DNA of 64,000 bases from Eledone cirrhosa (taxonomy: Eukaryota): the NCBI GenBank assembly GCA_964016885.1, contig OZ024752.1, forward strand, positions 19,096,001 through 19,160,000, given 5' to 3'. The position numbers were made by a program, and so were the translations under genes. The stretch's first letter is position 1. The number at the start of each line of letters is the position of its first letter. Below, piece by piece: positions 40,716 through 54,179 of the stretch. A model generated the notes under the pieces. The model was given only the letters and a program-made list of their open reading frames with translations, did not search any database and was not told the origin of the DNA.

Positions 40716-40920
40716 TAAATTGTGTACATCTTTGCTTTATCCATTGCAATATTGGTTTGTTTGACACAGAGTGTGAAGGTGACAACAATATTGACGTGCT
40801 TGACTGAATGTCAGGCTTGTCATTTAATCTCCATTGCTACAGTTATGGTTGTATGTTGAAGGAGTTTGTGTCACAACCACAAGGGTTTTGCTTCAGTCAT
40901 ACTGAGAGGAATTTCTTTAA

Positions 40921-41128
40921 CCCTTTACCATTTACATTACTCTATATTTATTATTGTATTTCTGCAGTAAAGGCTTTATCAAACATAATATCGAATCTAT
41001 GAGATTTTGATATTATTTATTTTGAGAGCAATATCTTAACATTAGTATGAGCAGCCAGTTATGGCCGGTTTGAACAGAAGATGGTGAGAGAATTTTGGTC
41101 AGATATGACTAGTTTAAATGCTAATGGG
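40921..41128 (+). mobile_element. piggyBac-type MITE
   Basis: TTAA-ccctttaccatt ... aatgctaatggg-TTAA. Confidence 0.75.
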
Positions 41129-41177
41129 TTAAGCAGAAATTTTGTATGTGTATTATTATTATTATTATTATGATTAA

Positions 41178-41805
41178 GGGCGGTGGATTGGCAGTATCGG
41201 TAGAGGGTCGGACGCCATGCTTTCTCGCATAGTTACGTCCCTTTATGATCTGAGTTCAAATCCCGCCCAGGTTAACTTTACCTTTCATCCTTACGGGGTC
41301 GATAAAATAAAGTACCAGTAATGCACTGGAATAATTGCTGGCTTTGTGCCAAAAGTAGAAACAATTATTATTATGATTAAGGGCAGTATCAGTAGAGAGT
41401 CGGACACCATGCTTTGCAGCATAGAGTTACGGTCCTTTACGGTCTTAGTTCAAATCCCACTGAGGTTAACTTTGCCTTTCATCTTTACAGGGTTGATAAA
41501 ATAAAGCACCAGTAACGTACTGGGGTCGATTTAATCGACTTTCCCCTCCGTCCAAATTACTGGCCTTGTGCCTATACTAGAAATCATTATTACTAAGGGC
41601 GGGTGGATTGGCAGTATCGGTAGAGGGTCAGACGCCATGTTTTGCAGCATAAAGTTACGTGGAGGGGGGCGGTAACTCTTATGGTCTGACTTCAAATCCT
41701 GCAGAGGTTAACTTTGCCTTTCATCCTTACGGGGTTGATAAAATAAAGTACCAGTAATACACTGGGCTAATTGCCCACCTTGTGCCAAAAGTAGAAACAA
41801 TTATT
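41178..41805 (+). mobile_element. Three head-to-tail family 1 SINEs
   Basis: gggcggtggattggcagtatcggtagag head repeated three times, separated by (att)n tails. Confidence 0.85.
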
Positions 41806-42789
41806 ATGTATTGGAAGTTTTCAGTTTAGACTTATAAGTTCTTGATACTTGGGAAAGTGGAGTGTAGGTATTGTAAAGTGTTAATGCCCAACGGTTGAGC
41901 TCTCTCTCTCTCACATTACAGATGTGGGCTCTTAGCCTGTCTGGGAGTTCAGCAGACCTGCTTCAGTACTGACTTGATCTATGAAAACCCATCCAACCCT
42001 TACTTGCTGGAAAAGCAGGTGTCAAATAAAGATGATACATACATACATACATATATTAGACCACCAATGACCTGTTGGGACACGTTCACTTAAAATATTT
42101 TTTTTAATCATTTTGAAAATTATTTTTTAAATAATTATAAAATAATTAAAATATATACAGACATATATATAATGTAAAATGAAATTTTCAATCTACTTTC
42201 ACAACCACTTTCTCTCAATCTTTCTCTCTTTCTATTTATGAAGGTACCCAGAAAACCCCGTATCTCGGGAACCCGTGCTCGAATTACACAAAACTTGTTT
42301 TATTCCATTTGTATTCCCATTTTAGAGGCAACTTCCTTTCAAAGTATTTTCCCATTATGCATTGTTTTGGCTGTGTTAAATTACAGACAAGCACACATCT
42401 CTGAATTCTGTATTCTTAAAGAAGGTGCTGTGAAGGGATTTTTCATGAAGGTTGCTCTTCCTCCTTGTTGTTATTTCCTCCTTGGACATCCCCTGATCTA
42501 TTGTCTTCTCTTTCAGTACAATTTTTGCATTGGCTCCCTACTGTCAGACACATTTGTGCAGGATTTGGAACTGCATCTTAACACAGTCCTCTATGCTGAT
42601 AAGACCTCTTCCACCTTCAGATCTCTTTAAGTAGAGTCTATCGACATCACTCCTCTTGTGGAACATGTTGTAGATTGTCACTACCGTCCTAGTCTTCGTA
42701 TTATTATTATTATTCTTTGAGTCTCAGTCATTGATCTTATTTAACTGGAAAGTTTGTTGAAATGAATATCAAGCCACTACCTGCAGCCT

Positions 42790-43650
42790 CAGATATTCAG
42801 GACGTATTGGAGGGTTCTTGCTGTTCCCAGCAAGCATGCCTTTTGAAGTGTTCCAAAAAGCGGGGCTGGACTAATCTTCTTTAACCATCCTTGGAAACTC
42901 TTTGAGATAGTACCTAGCGCTCCTATGACAATCGGGACGACCTTGATTTCATGGCAGTTCCAAATCCTGTTTACCTCCCACTTTAAGTCCTGGTATCGGT
43001 TAATTTTCTCCCTCTCCTTTTCTTGGACACTCGTGTCAAATGGTCAGGCTACATCTACAATCAGGCACGATCTTTTTTTCCTTGTCCAAAATCACCAGGT
43101 CAGGCCTATTGTGTTCTAATTTCTTGTCCGTCTGTATCCTAAAATCCCATAGCACCTTCACCTGATCGTTTTCTATCACCGACTCTAGCTTATGCTCATA
43201 CCACTTCCCAGAATGTGGTAAATTGTTTACTTTTCATAGATGCCAGTGGATCACCCTGCCTATCACATCATGTCTCCAGCCTTTATAGTGAGTCTGGGCT
43301 AGGTGTTTACACTCGGATACAATGTGAGCCACAGTCTCCTCTCACTCTCCACAGATTCTACACAGTGAGCTAGCCTCCTCCTTGTCAATATGGTGATTTA
43401 CCCACTTCTTTCTGAGGACTTGCTCTTGCGGAGCCATTAGCATTCCTTCTGTAGCTTTTTTAAGGTCTCCTCTTTTTAACCAGTTCCATGTCTGTGGATC
43501 TCTAAATTCCGTTTTCTTAAAGAAGGTGCTATGAAGGAATTTTTCATGAAGGTTTCTCTTCCTCCTTGTTGTTATTTCCTCCTTGGACATCCCCTGGTCT
43601 ATTGTTTTCTCCTTCAGTACAATTTTGAGCATTGGCTCCCTACTGTCAGT
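42790..43650 (-). mobile_element. R4/Dong-like non-LTR retrotransposon 3' fragment (CCHC + restriction-like endonuclease); a smaller duplicate lies at ~42400-42560
   Basis: TEGMLMAPQEQ, CRICGE..ETVAHIVSEC, RHD, VLWDFRIQTD..HNRPDLV, VVPIVIGALG, LQKACLLGT; (TTA)n on both sides. Confidence 0.8.
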
Positions 43651-43819
43651 CACATATTTGTGCAGGTTTATTATTATTATTATTATTAACTGTTCTCGTA
43701 TTTTTATTGTTACTTTGTTATTGTTATTCATATTGTTTACTCGATTTTTCTGTTAAACCCCACTGTCCCAGTCTTTTGTATTGTCCCCTATATGTCGGCC
43801 CTTGTGGCCAATAAATGAA

Positions 43820-43852
<33 letters not shown>

Positions 43853-43872
43853 TATCGTTTTTTTTTTTCCAG

Positions 43873-44017
43873 AATATAAATGTTTCTGAAGAATATGAAG
43901 TTGGATTAAGGTTGTTGGTTCGGACAAGTAGTATTGCAAAACAGTTTATGCAGAGATACTTGAACCACAATATTTACCATTATTCTACGAAGCTTATTTG
44001 TAATAATAAATGGCATG
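43873..44017 (+). CDS. P3H: P3H-like exon C (module 1): NINVSEEYEVGLRLLVRTSSIAKQFMQRYLNHNIYHYSTKLICNNKWH(G)
   Basis: ttttttttccag| acceptor and |gtaaga donor; phase 0-1. Aligns with recalled P3H1 ..VRRIMESYFRLDTPLYFSYSHLVCR.. Confidence 0.8.
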
Positions 44018-44749
44018 GTAAGAATATAGATTGTCTTTTGAATTGCTGTTGTTGTTGTTTGTCATTTTCCTTGATTAAAGAAAAAATAAAGAAAGGAAGC
44101 AATTGTCAGATCGATTTAAGGAAGCTATATTTACATTGGTCTTTCCATTGCTGATACTATCTACTGGTCAGAACTCCTGGCACGCCGTAGAAACCCAGCC
44201 AGACACAGTTCTGTATGAGCGAGACATAGTCACCTGACCCAACTTGCCTCAAACTGGACAAGCCGTCTAACTGATGCTAGCATGGACATTAAGTGGTGGT
44301 GATGATTGTGAATGCACAGAGCCAGATCAGATACTACAAAGCTTCCATCCTGTCTGCCAATTCACCACCTTTAATTATTGATTAAATTAAGATTTTTTTT
44401 TCAAATGTATTGCCTCTTTCTGAGGTCCAAATGGAAGTCCTATTACAAGAAACTATTGAATGAAGAGACTAAAAGGGACAGTAAGGGCTTATTTCATATA
44501 GACTCAGGGTAGAGAGAGCTTGTTAGTCAAGTCAATGACCAGCAACCTCCTTAGTGCTGGTGCTACAATAAAACATGTCAAGTACATTATGTAAAGTTGT
44601 TGGTGTTAGGATGGGCTTCCAGCTGTAGAAACCATGCCAAAAGGGCTAAGCAGACTCGTCAGTTACAACATGACAACCTCTCTAGTGTTGGCGCCATGAA
44701 AAATTACCCAGTACACCTTGTAAGGTGGTTGGTGGTAGGAAGGGCATCC

Positions 44750-45150
44750 AAATGATTTAATCGACTTTCCCCTCCTCCCAAGTTGCTAGCTTTGTACCTA
44801 AATTAGAAACAATTATTATTATTATTATCATCTCTAGGGCAGTGGAATGGCAGTATCGGTAGAGCGTCAGACACCATGCTTTGTGGCATAGAGTTACGGC
44901 CCTTTATGATCTGAGTTCAAATCCCGCCGGGGTTAACTTTGCCTTTCATCCTTACGGGGTCGATAAAACAAAGTACCAGTAACATACTGAGGTCGATTTA
45001 ATCGACTTTTCCCTCTCCAAAAATTGCTGGCCCTGTGCCTATACTAGAAATCATTATCATTATTATCATCCTTACGGGGTCGATAAGATAAAGTACCAGT
45101 AGTAGATAGGGGTAATTGCTGGCCTTGTGCCAAAAGTAGAAACAATTATT
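44750..45150 (+). mobile_element. Family 1 SINE cluster
   Basis: One full copy and partial tails. Confidence 0.8.
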
Positions 45151-45466
45151 ATTGTTATCTAATAAATATTAATTATGAAGTGTCATCTATATCTTCTTCT
45201 TTTCCCACTTATCCCTGAGAAGGTCGTGGAGGCAGAGCCCTTAAACGCTCCTTCCAGCAGGTCCTGTCAAAAGCAACCATCTCCTACTGATCTGGCTGGA
45301 TCCCCAAGCAAGGCCAGCCAAGTTCATGGATGTTATCCAACCATCCTGCTCGATGTCTACCTCTGGGTCTCCTACTCGTTGGCAATATTGTATAATGCAC
45401 TGTATTAAAGTAGCATATTGAAATTTAATTTAATTCTTAACATTGAACTTTTCTTTTTATTTCTAG

Positions 45467-45530
45467 GACAATGTTTCTTCACTGAATCTGGTAAATGTAT
45501 TTCAGAATTTGTTCCAGAAGGGAGTTTCCA
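45467..45530 (+). CDS. P3H: P3H-like exon D (module 1): (G)QCFFTESGKCISEFVPEGSF(Q)
   Basis: tttttatttctag| acceptor and |gttagt donor; phase 1-2, which fits both neighbours. The Cys pair matches P3H DNCILNAETLVCVKE. Confidence 0.7.
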
Positions 45531-46199
45531 GTTAGTAATCCCATTTTGTTTCATCCTGGATATTGTTTATAAGTTTTTTAATGGTTTCTCTTTAAAACTG
45601 AGTCATGCTGACATTTAACAAAGCATAGTTACCTAACAATAATTATTATTGATTATAATCAACTATGTTGAAATAATTACCTAACAATAACCAGCTATGT
45701 TGAGTGTATTTATATGTTAAGTTTCCATCTCTTCTAACAGTATATATGTTTACATACCCATGTAAATAATTGTTTCTGATTTAGGCATAGACCAACAATT
45801 TTGGAGGAGGGAGAAGTCGATTAAATTGACTCCAATGCGTTACTGGTACTTTATCAACCTTGGGAGGGGTTGTTGTTGTACTGTCGACTGTGTTCATCTC
45901 AGAATATGCAAACCTATAGCAGCCAAATGACTAGGTGCAAGCCACAGTTCTATTGTACCATACCTCTACCTAGGGTGCAGTGTGACAAAACTGATATGTT
46001 ATGATATTAATTCATGAGATGGACACTCAGTCACTTGAACATCAGATGGGCCTGAAGCCAGCATCTTGTATTCTATCAAAGGCTCTGGTGGCCTGAGAGC
46101 TTGACATACACTTAACACTCTACTGAGTGCATTTCATTGTGACACCAGTACTAGGAAAGATGTTATATCTTTGACACAGCTGAAGAATCTTCTAGATTC

Positions 46200-46720
46200 T
46201 TTGTTTGGCAGGTTTTCTATTCGACTGCTTGTGCATTGGTGTTTCCCAGAGGCTTGGACTCTGTGTCTGTGAAACTCAATTATGCCGCTGTGGTATCATT
46301 ATGGATTCTTTCGGTCTCCACCCATTGTCATGTTGTTACTGTGTTGGCTGCCTCCCATGCCATGCTGCTCTCAACGGGATCATAAAGCATGTCCTGTATG
46401 ATGCAGGCCTCCCTTCTCAGCTCAAGCCAGCAGGGCTGGCCTGAGGGGATGGCAAAGGGCCAGACAGCATGACAAACTTCCCATTTCTTGGGGGTAGGCC
46501 CCTCATCTGAGATGGCACATGCTGTGACACCTACTTCTGTGGCAACCTGTTGTGTTTGGCTGCCAACCCAGGCTCTGCTGCCCAAGTATTGGCTACTCTT
46601 GGATAGGTTTCTGACAGAACCTCTAGCAGTGGAGACCTCTGGTGTTCTTGGTCCTTGGACCACATCCCTACTCACTGCCAGTGGAGTGGATTTGGCTTCC
46701 CAGCGAGGTGGAGTGCCATC
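46200..46720 (+). mobile_element. CRE-clade-like (REL-type) non-LTR retrotransposon fragment, degenerate
   Basis: RLGLCVCE..CRCG..DSFGLHPLSC..HAALNGIIK..AGLPSQLKPAGL..DGKGPD, resembling the zinc-knuckle/RH/DGKRPD motifs. Confidence 0.6.
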
Positions 46721-47004
46721 CTCCTGGGCAATGTATTCTCCATCCTGTCATCCAGGACCCAGGAGCAGAAGGTAAGTTAGTTGGTGGTGGAGGATACTCA
46801 TTCAGACATCACTTCCACACATGTATTGAGTGCTTTTTTTAACTGTTTTATTGAACCTACAATATGACAATACTAACTCAACAATTTTAAGTTAAAAATC
46901 TAAGATTTTTGTATCTTTTTGTTTTCAAGATTTTTATCATTTGTTGTTTTATTTGCTGTTTGACAATTCTGTCATTACATGTTCCCTTTCCAACCTTTTT
47001 TCAG

Positions 47005-47068
47005 GGCCATAACACATCTTTCAAACATTCCCAAATCTGGAGGAAGTTATTTCAACAAACCAGATGAG
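47005..47068 (+). CDS. P3H: P3H-like exon E (module 1): (Q)AITHLSNIPKSGGSYFNKPDE
   Basis: ccttttttcag| acceptor and |gtagta donor; phase 2-0. Matches P3H AILYLNGDFDGGNFYFTELD. Confidence 0.75.
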
Positions 47069-48681
47069 GTAGTATACCATTTTCTTTTTCTTCTTCTTAT
47101 TCCGGAGAGGGTTGTGGGGGCAAAGTCCTCAAACACGTCTTCCAGTGGGCCCTTTCAGAAGCAACTGTCCCCAAGTGAGATCAGCCAAGCTCATGGATGT
47201 TATCCAATCATCTTGCTTGGGGTGTATCCCTAGGTATCCTGTCAGTTGGTTTTGCCCATAAAATTGTCCAGCGATTTTTTTTCCTGAGACATTCTAACCA
47301 CATGCCCATAGTATCTGAGCTGTGATCTCTCAATTCGGAGAAGTAGCTGCTCTACTTGGAGTAACTCACTGATCTCAGTCATTGAACTGTGGCTACTCTT
47401 TCTAGGATATATATAGCTCAGTAGATTGACAACATATTATGTACTTATATTATCAACTGGTACTTTATTGACATCAGAAGAATGGAAGACCAAGGTGACC
47501 TGAAAGACAAGATTTCATTCCAAAATGTTAGACATAACTAAATACTATCAGTCAATCAATGATCAATCAATCAATTGATTGAATCACTCAACAAGATCCC
47601 AGACCTCATTCACTTACAGAGTGGAGTGTTTTCCATTGATCTGATATTATTTCCTGGTCACATCTCCTGATAAACTCTACAAAGATGCTGATTCAGCCAG
47701 ATAAATGTGTCTGAGACACAAGAAAGGATTCCCAAATTCTCCCTTATACCCTTGCTCAGGGGCTTGTGGTTTCTGGAATTATGTCAAGGAAGTAATGATG
47801 CTTTTTATCAAACTATAGAGCAAAATTAGTTCATCATCATCATTTTAACATCCGCTTTCCTTCCTAGCAAAAGTTATACAGGTCTACATAAACCAAGTTA
47901 GTATTGAAGCAGGGCTATTGACCTCCCAGACAGGCCAGGGATCTGTGTCTCGCTTATGTAGTCTCACATTCTACAACGGAGAAGTTGTCATGTCTTTGAC
48001 ACAACTGAAAGGTTGCCTCAACCCTTTTTTGGCAAGCTTTCTATATCCTTCCCATCACCAACCACTTTACAGCATGTACTGGGTGCATTTATCCTGTGTA
48101 TCACCAAAACTAGGAAGTCTGTCATGTCTTTGATATTGATGATGTTGATTCTTATAGCCAACTAGATTATAGTGAAGGCACATGACTTAGTGGTTAGAGA
48201 GTTGTATTCATAATCGTGAGGTTGTGAGTTCAATTCTCGGACCGGGTGATGTGTTGTGTCCTTCAGCAAGACACTTTATTTCACGTTGCTCCTTCTGCCA
48301 GGAGTTGCGAGTGGTAGATAGTATCAGCAATGGAAAAACCAATGGAAATACTGTTTCCTTGGTCCAATTTGGCGAGGTCCACCCCACTCTGAAAGCAAAT
48401 GAGGTCTGGGATCTTGTCGATTGATCAGAGCAAGAAATCATAGGAGCACCACTGAAGACTACCTTATCATGGAAACTAGCAGAGCTTACCCTTCTCCAAC
48501 TAAATTGAATGTTAATCTGTCTATTGCTATATTTTTAATGAAATTCACTGCCTATGTCTTGCAATAAATTTTACCCAATGCCGTCATTGATGGCACTTTG
48601 CTGTTTTAACAGCTTCCTTGTATTGAGTTCTTCTCATTATTCTATGAATACATAATTATATTTTGTTCTTTATAATTTCAG

Positions 48682-49032
48682 ATAATTATCAGACCAAGAT
48701 GTGGCCGCATGATCTCATTCAGGTCAACAGATCCAGTTGGTGTGAAGCCTTTCAGCAACACAGACTCCCAAAGATGTGTTCTATGGAACGTCTTTGGAAA
48801 CACTCCCATGCAAGATGAACTTGACCATTTAGATGCTATGGTTCTTCTCAAGAAAATCAATGAGCAGCAATTAACAAATACCACTGCAAACCGAAATCAA
48901 GTCCTAAACGAACTGTTAAATCAAGGAGTTGAAGTGACTTCCACTGAAGAAGAGATGATGGGTAAAGAGAGGTTTGTTGCTGATGGGTTAGCATCACCAT
49001 CTGAATGTGAGGCCCTCATTGATTTAACTAAT
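48682..49032 (+). CDS. P3H: P3H-like exon F: end of module 1 (IIIRPRCGRMISFRSTDPVGVKPFSNTDSQRCVLW..), linker, and start of module 2 (..GVEVTSTEEEMMGKERFVADGLASPSECEALIDLTN)
   Basis: tttcag| acceptor and |gtgagt donor; 351 nt, phase 0-0. Matches P3H VQPQCGRAVGFSSGTENPHGVKAVTRGQRCAIALWF, then a second RxVxDG..ECxxL..LTN motif. Confidence 0.9.
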
Positions 49033-49248
49033 GTGAGTTGATTCAATTTTCTCTCTTTCATTACCTGAAATTACCTTGTTTTTATGATACACAAATTCTT
49101 GTTTTGAAGTGTTCACATTTAAATTAAAACTTTCCATCATACTTTTATCTAAGAAATCTTTAAGATATACTCCACACATTCTTAAAATGAAAAAAATTAT
49201 TTATTTTACTAAATCCTTCAAAAGCTTTTATTATTTTGAATATTAAAA

Positions 49249-50430
49249 GGGCAGTGGATTGGCAGTATTGGTAGAGTGTCAGACAACGCGCTTTGTGACA
49301 TAGAGTTACGCCTTTTACGTTCTGAATTCATATCCCACTGAGTTTAGCTTTGCCTTTCATCCTTACAGGGTCAATAAAATAAAGTACCAGTAATGCACTG
49401 GGCTCGATCTAATCGACTTTCCACTCCAACAAAATTGTTGGCCTTGTGTCTAAATCAGAAACCATCAATTTTCTATCGTTGTGTGGCAATTGTTGAATAA
49501 ATTTTTGATAATAATGTTTTTACTGAAGTTAGAGAATTAACAATAATAGAAATGACTAAACTAAATGCTTTATAGTAAAATAGCTAATTCTGGTCAAAAA
49601 AGGTAGGGGAGATAAACCCAACATTTCAAATTAAAATTAATTATATATGGAATGTAGTGAGGTATGTGTGTGATCTTTAGCAATATTGTTTCAGTCATAT
49701 TAGGCCTCATCAACAAAGCATATGTAGTTTTTTTTTTGTGAATAAACACCGAGGGCACACTTGCTTTTATGAATGAACACTGAGATCAACTGTGTCTTTC
49801 ATCCTTCCGGGGCCAATAATATAAAGTACCAGTCAAATACTGGTGTTGATCTATTAACTCCTCTCTCCAAATTTCTTAGAAGCAAGTATTATTATTATCA
49901 TCATCATCGATATGAGTTCAAATCCCGCCGAGGTTGACTTTGCCTTTCATCCTTACGGGATCGATAAAATAAAGTACCAGTAATGCACTGGGGTAATTGC
50001 TGGCCTTGTGCCTAAAGTAGAAACAATTATTTAGGGCGGTGAATTGACAGTATTGGTAGAGGGTGACGCCACGCTTTGACGTATAGAGTTATGGCCCTTG
50101 CCATTCTGAGTTCAAATCCCGCCGAGGTTAACTTTGCCTTTCATCTTTACGGGGTGGATAAAATAAAGTAATCTACTGGCCTTGTGCCAAAAGTAGAAAC
50201 AATTATTATCATCATCATCATCATCACCACTACCAATACCTCCATGAAGATCATCATCATTGTTATTATTATAAGGGTGGTGGATTGGCAGAATCAGTAG
50301 AGCGTTGGGCAACAAGCTTTGCGGTATATAGTTACTGCTATTGATTTCAATCCCACCGAGATTAGCTTTGCCTTTTATCCTCCAGTGGTAGATAAAATAA
50401 ATTATCAGTAATGTACTGGGGTCGATTTAA
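49249..50430 (+). mobile_element. Cluster of family 1 SINEs (about 5 copies or partials)
   Basis: Repeated consensus motifs with (att)/(atc) tails. Confidence 0.8.
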
Positions 50431-52007
50431 TTATTCCATGTTTCCATGAGTTAGACCAGTCCTCTCCAGAATAACATCTTTCCACTTCTTTTCTATCTTT
50501 CATCATCTATGTGAGGTGTAGTTTCTTGAGGTCAGCTTTCACCACCTCTGCCCACATCTTTCTCCCACTTGAACTCTTGGCACTTCTTCACCTAGTTATC
50601 ATTATCCATATGCATTATATGTCCCTACCAAATCAGTTTACTCACCTGCAGGGGACAACTTTTTCTCTTATACTCAGTATTTCTCTCAGCTCTTCCATAC
50701 TTCATCAGTCAAATTTGTTATCATTGAATAAGAAAATGAGGAGTAAAGACCTCTGTTGGTCGGGAATGCAAAAATATCATTAAATTAACAAAAAAACCCT
50801 GGGCTATATGTCATGGGCACCCCTTGTCAAACGGTCCCCTCTAGGAACAGCACTGGGTCTCCAATCTGAACTGTCTCGCACCCCCAATATCTAAATATAG
50901 TCCTGGCTGTATGTTTGAAATAGACTGAGTGATGGAAGTTTTCTTAACCAAACCTTGTTTGAAATCAAGTTATTTTATTGCTAATACTTATTGGTTAGTT
51001 ATTATTATTATTATTATTGATTATCATGAGTTCAAATCCCGCCAAGATAAAATAAAGTACCAGCAATACATCGATTTAATCGACTTTCCCCTCCCCCAAA
51101 ATTACTGGCCTTGTGCCTATACTAGAAATCATTATTATTGATTATCACCATCATCATCATCATCATTATTATTATTGATCACCACCATCATCACCACTAC
51201 CATCATCATCATCACCACAATCATCACCATCATCATCATCATTATTATTGATCACCACCATCACCACCACCACCACCATTATCACCACCATCACCACCAC
51301 CATCATCATCACAACCACCATTACCCCCCCCCCCCACCACCACCATCATTGTTATGTTGTTTCCTGCTCAGTGTATGGGTTGTATAGTTTCTTTTCTCAA
51401 TTGTTGATATTTTCATATTTTTGGAGCAATTGTTTTGCAGCTGGATGCTCTTTCTTGTACCTCCTACCACTCTACTGTGATGTGTGAGTGGAAGCTGTTG
51501 TCAGCTAGGTGGACTGGGGCAAGAAATGATATGCCTTATAGCACAACCCACAGCTTGTAGTAATATTTCAACTGATAACCATATACTCATTAGTCCATCA
51601 CCTTAATTACTCAACCTTTTATTGTTTTATTTTGTTGTTGTTTTATTTAGATTTTAAATATCAATGTTATTATTATTATTATTATTATTGCATCTTTATT
51701 ATTGCTATCTTCTTTATCCACTGACATCACATTTGATTATTGATTATTGATACCATATATCTGTTTCTTAACATCTCTTATGGCACACTGCTCTCATGTT
51801 CGTTAACATTTTTGACACCAACCTACCTGAAATTACCTTGTTTTTATGATACACAAATTCTTGTTTTGAAGTGTTCACATTTAAATTAAAACTTTCCATC
51901 ATACCTTTATGTAAGAAATCTTTAAGATATACTCCACACAATCTTAAAATGAAAGAAATTATTTATTTTACTAAATCCTTCAAAAGCTTTTATTATTTTT
52001 GAATATT

Positions 52008-52672
52008 AGGCGGTGGATTGGCAGTATCGGTAGAGGGTCGGACGCCATGCTTTGACGCATAGAGTTAAGCCCCTTGCCATTCTGAGTTCAAATCCCACCG
52101 AGGTTAACTTTGCCTTTCATCCTTACGGGTTCGATAAAATAAAGTACCAGTAATGCACTGGGTAATTGCTGGCCTTATGCCAAAAGTAGAAACAATTATT
52201 TTTGAATATTAAAAGGGCAGTGGATTGGCAGTATTGGTAGAGTGTCAGACAACGTTTTGTGGCATAGAGTTATGCCCTTTACGTTCTGAGTTCAAATGCT
52301 GCTGAGATTAGCTTTGCCTTTCATCCTTGCAGGGTCAATAAAATAAAGTACCAGTAATGCACTGGACTCAATTTAATCGACTTTCTCCTCCTCCAAAATG
52401 ATTGGCCTTATGCTTAAATCAGAAACCATTGTTTTGAATATTAAACGAAAGATAGTGTATTTCATGAGAAATATCCTCACAAAAGGGTTAAATATTCTAC
52501 TGTACTACATATAATCTGCCTCATTATCTATAGCTTAGTTACGTCCCTTTACGATCTGAGTTCAAATCCCGCCGAGGTTGACTTTGCCTTTCATCCTTAC
52601 AGGGTCGATAAAATAAAGTACCAGTAATGCATTGGGCAATTGCTGGCCTTGTGCCTAAAGTAGAAACAATTA
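52008..52672 (+). mobile_element. Cluster of family 1 SINEs
   Basis: Two full copies and one partial copy. Confidence 0.8.
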
Positions 52673-53537
52673 TCTATATATATAAAACTGAGGATGTCTG
52701 TCTGTGTGTATGTGAGTTTGAATCCCTAAAACTCAAGACTGTTTTCAACCGACTGTTTTCAAACTTTACACATGTAATACTTATGTTTCAGGGAGTGGTC
52801 TGAGCCAAAAATATTTCAAATTTTCAATGCCCTAGGGACCGCATTAGGCGATTTAGCGATCTCTCTCTATAATTCTTAGTCTTTCTCTTTTTAGATAGAT
52901 ACATACATATAACGTCGCGCCCTTATAATATCTGTCTGTATGTCTGGCTGTCTGCATTACGTCACTTCCCTGAGGATGTCTGGCTGTGTGTGTGTGTGTC
53001 TGAGTTTGAATCCCTAAAACTCGAGAAGTACCCAACCGATTTTTTTGAAACTTTACATGTGTATTACTTATGTTTCAGGGAGTGATATGCACATAAAATT
53101 CAACATTTTGAAAAACTGCGTTTTTTCAGGTTTTTAGGTTTTTTTTGAGGCGTTACGTCAGACCGATTTCCTTGAAATTGTAACTATGTATTAGTCAGTC
53201 TCTTCTTCATACCGTGAACAAAGAAAATCCAACTTTTTTTATGGCCTAGGGCCCGCATTAGGTGAAAAAAACTTCATTTTTTCAGCTTTTTAGGGCTTTT
53301 TGGAGGTCTAACCGATTTTCCCAAAATTTTAAAGCATATTATGCACAACATAAAAAAAATTCATTTTCTTGATCCCCTAGGGCCCACATTAGGTGAAAAC
53401 CTGCATTTTCCTGCCTCATCGAGGAAAATCTTAAAGATTATCCAGCCATCAGAGTATTCGGTTTATTTTCTTTACATATTGTCCAGGCATGCAGTTTTTC
53501 CACGATTATCCCGTGCAACGCCGGGTACCACTGTTAG
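52673..53537 (+). mobile_element. Non-autonomous Helitron-like element
   Basis: Begins A|TCtatatatataaaa; ends with hairpin cccg-tgcaacgc-cggg about 12 nt before TTAG|T (CTAG-like); internal sub-repeats. Confidence 0.6.
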
Positions 53538-53717
53538 TACACATATATACTCAAGGAATCTATACATACTAATATAATATTTATGATCTTTACTTCTTCA
53601 TTCAAAAGTTCTATACTTATTAATACTCATCATATACATCTAACCCCCTTGCTTTAGTATAACCTCTTGCTTTAGTATAACCAATAATACACTATATAGA
53701 TAGATAGATAGATATAT

Positions 53718-54179
53718 AATTATTATTGACTAAAATAATAGGAGGTTGGACTGGTGAAATTCCTTGAAAGATTTATTTCAGCAAACACTATGTACATTTC
53801 AGTGACCAGGTTATGTAATATCCTGGTGACATCATCGGGATGTATATTGCATAATAGTCATATAATAAAGGAATAATGGTAAACACAATCCAAGAGGCTA
53901 TAAGGAGAAGCCAGTGAGCCAAACTGACAACTGGCCCTCTTGATCGCATTCGAGCCAAAAACTTTTTTCCTCTGTTTTTTATCTGCTTTCTCTCCTTACA
54001 GCCTCTTGGATTGTTTACCATTATTCCTTTATTATATAACTATTATGCAATAAACACCTGATGATGTCACCATGATCATATGAAACCAGGCCACTGAAAT
54101 GTATATAGTGTTTGCTGAGATAAATCTTTTGAAGGAATTTCACCAGTCCAGCCTCCTGTCATTTTATTCAATAATAATT
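53718..54179. mobile_element. Penelope-type fold-back element (~180-bp imperfect arms)
   Basis: Left arm 53718-53900 is the reverse complement of ~54000-54179; related sequence at 30640-30950 and 39200-39430. Confidence 0.7.
54052..54113 (+). ncRNA. Minimal type I hammerhead ribozyme
   Basis: aaacac-CTGATGA-(imperfect stem II)-GAAA-tgtata-TA-gtgttt. The opposite arm has tgtaca but a mutated core (CCGATGA). Confidence 0.55.

Noticed and set aside
41178-41290. tRNA gene candidates (A/B boxes)
   Set aside because: These are SINE heads continuing into a shared core; no cloverleaf or acceptor stem.
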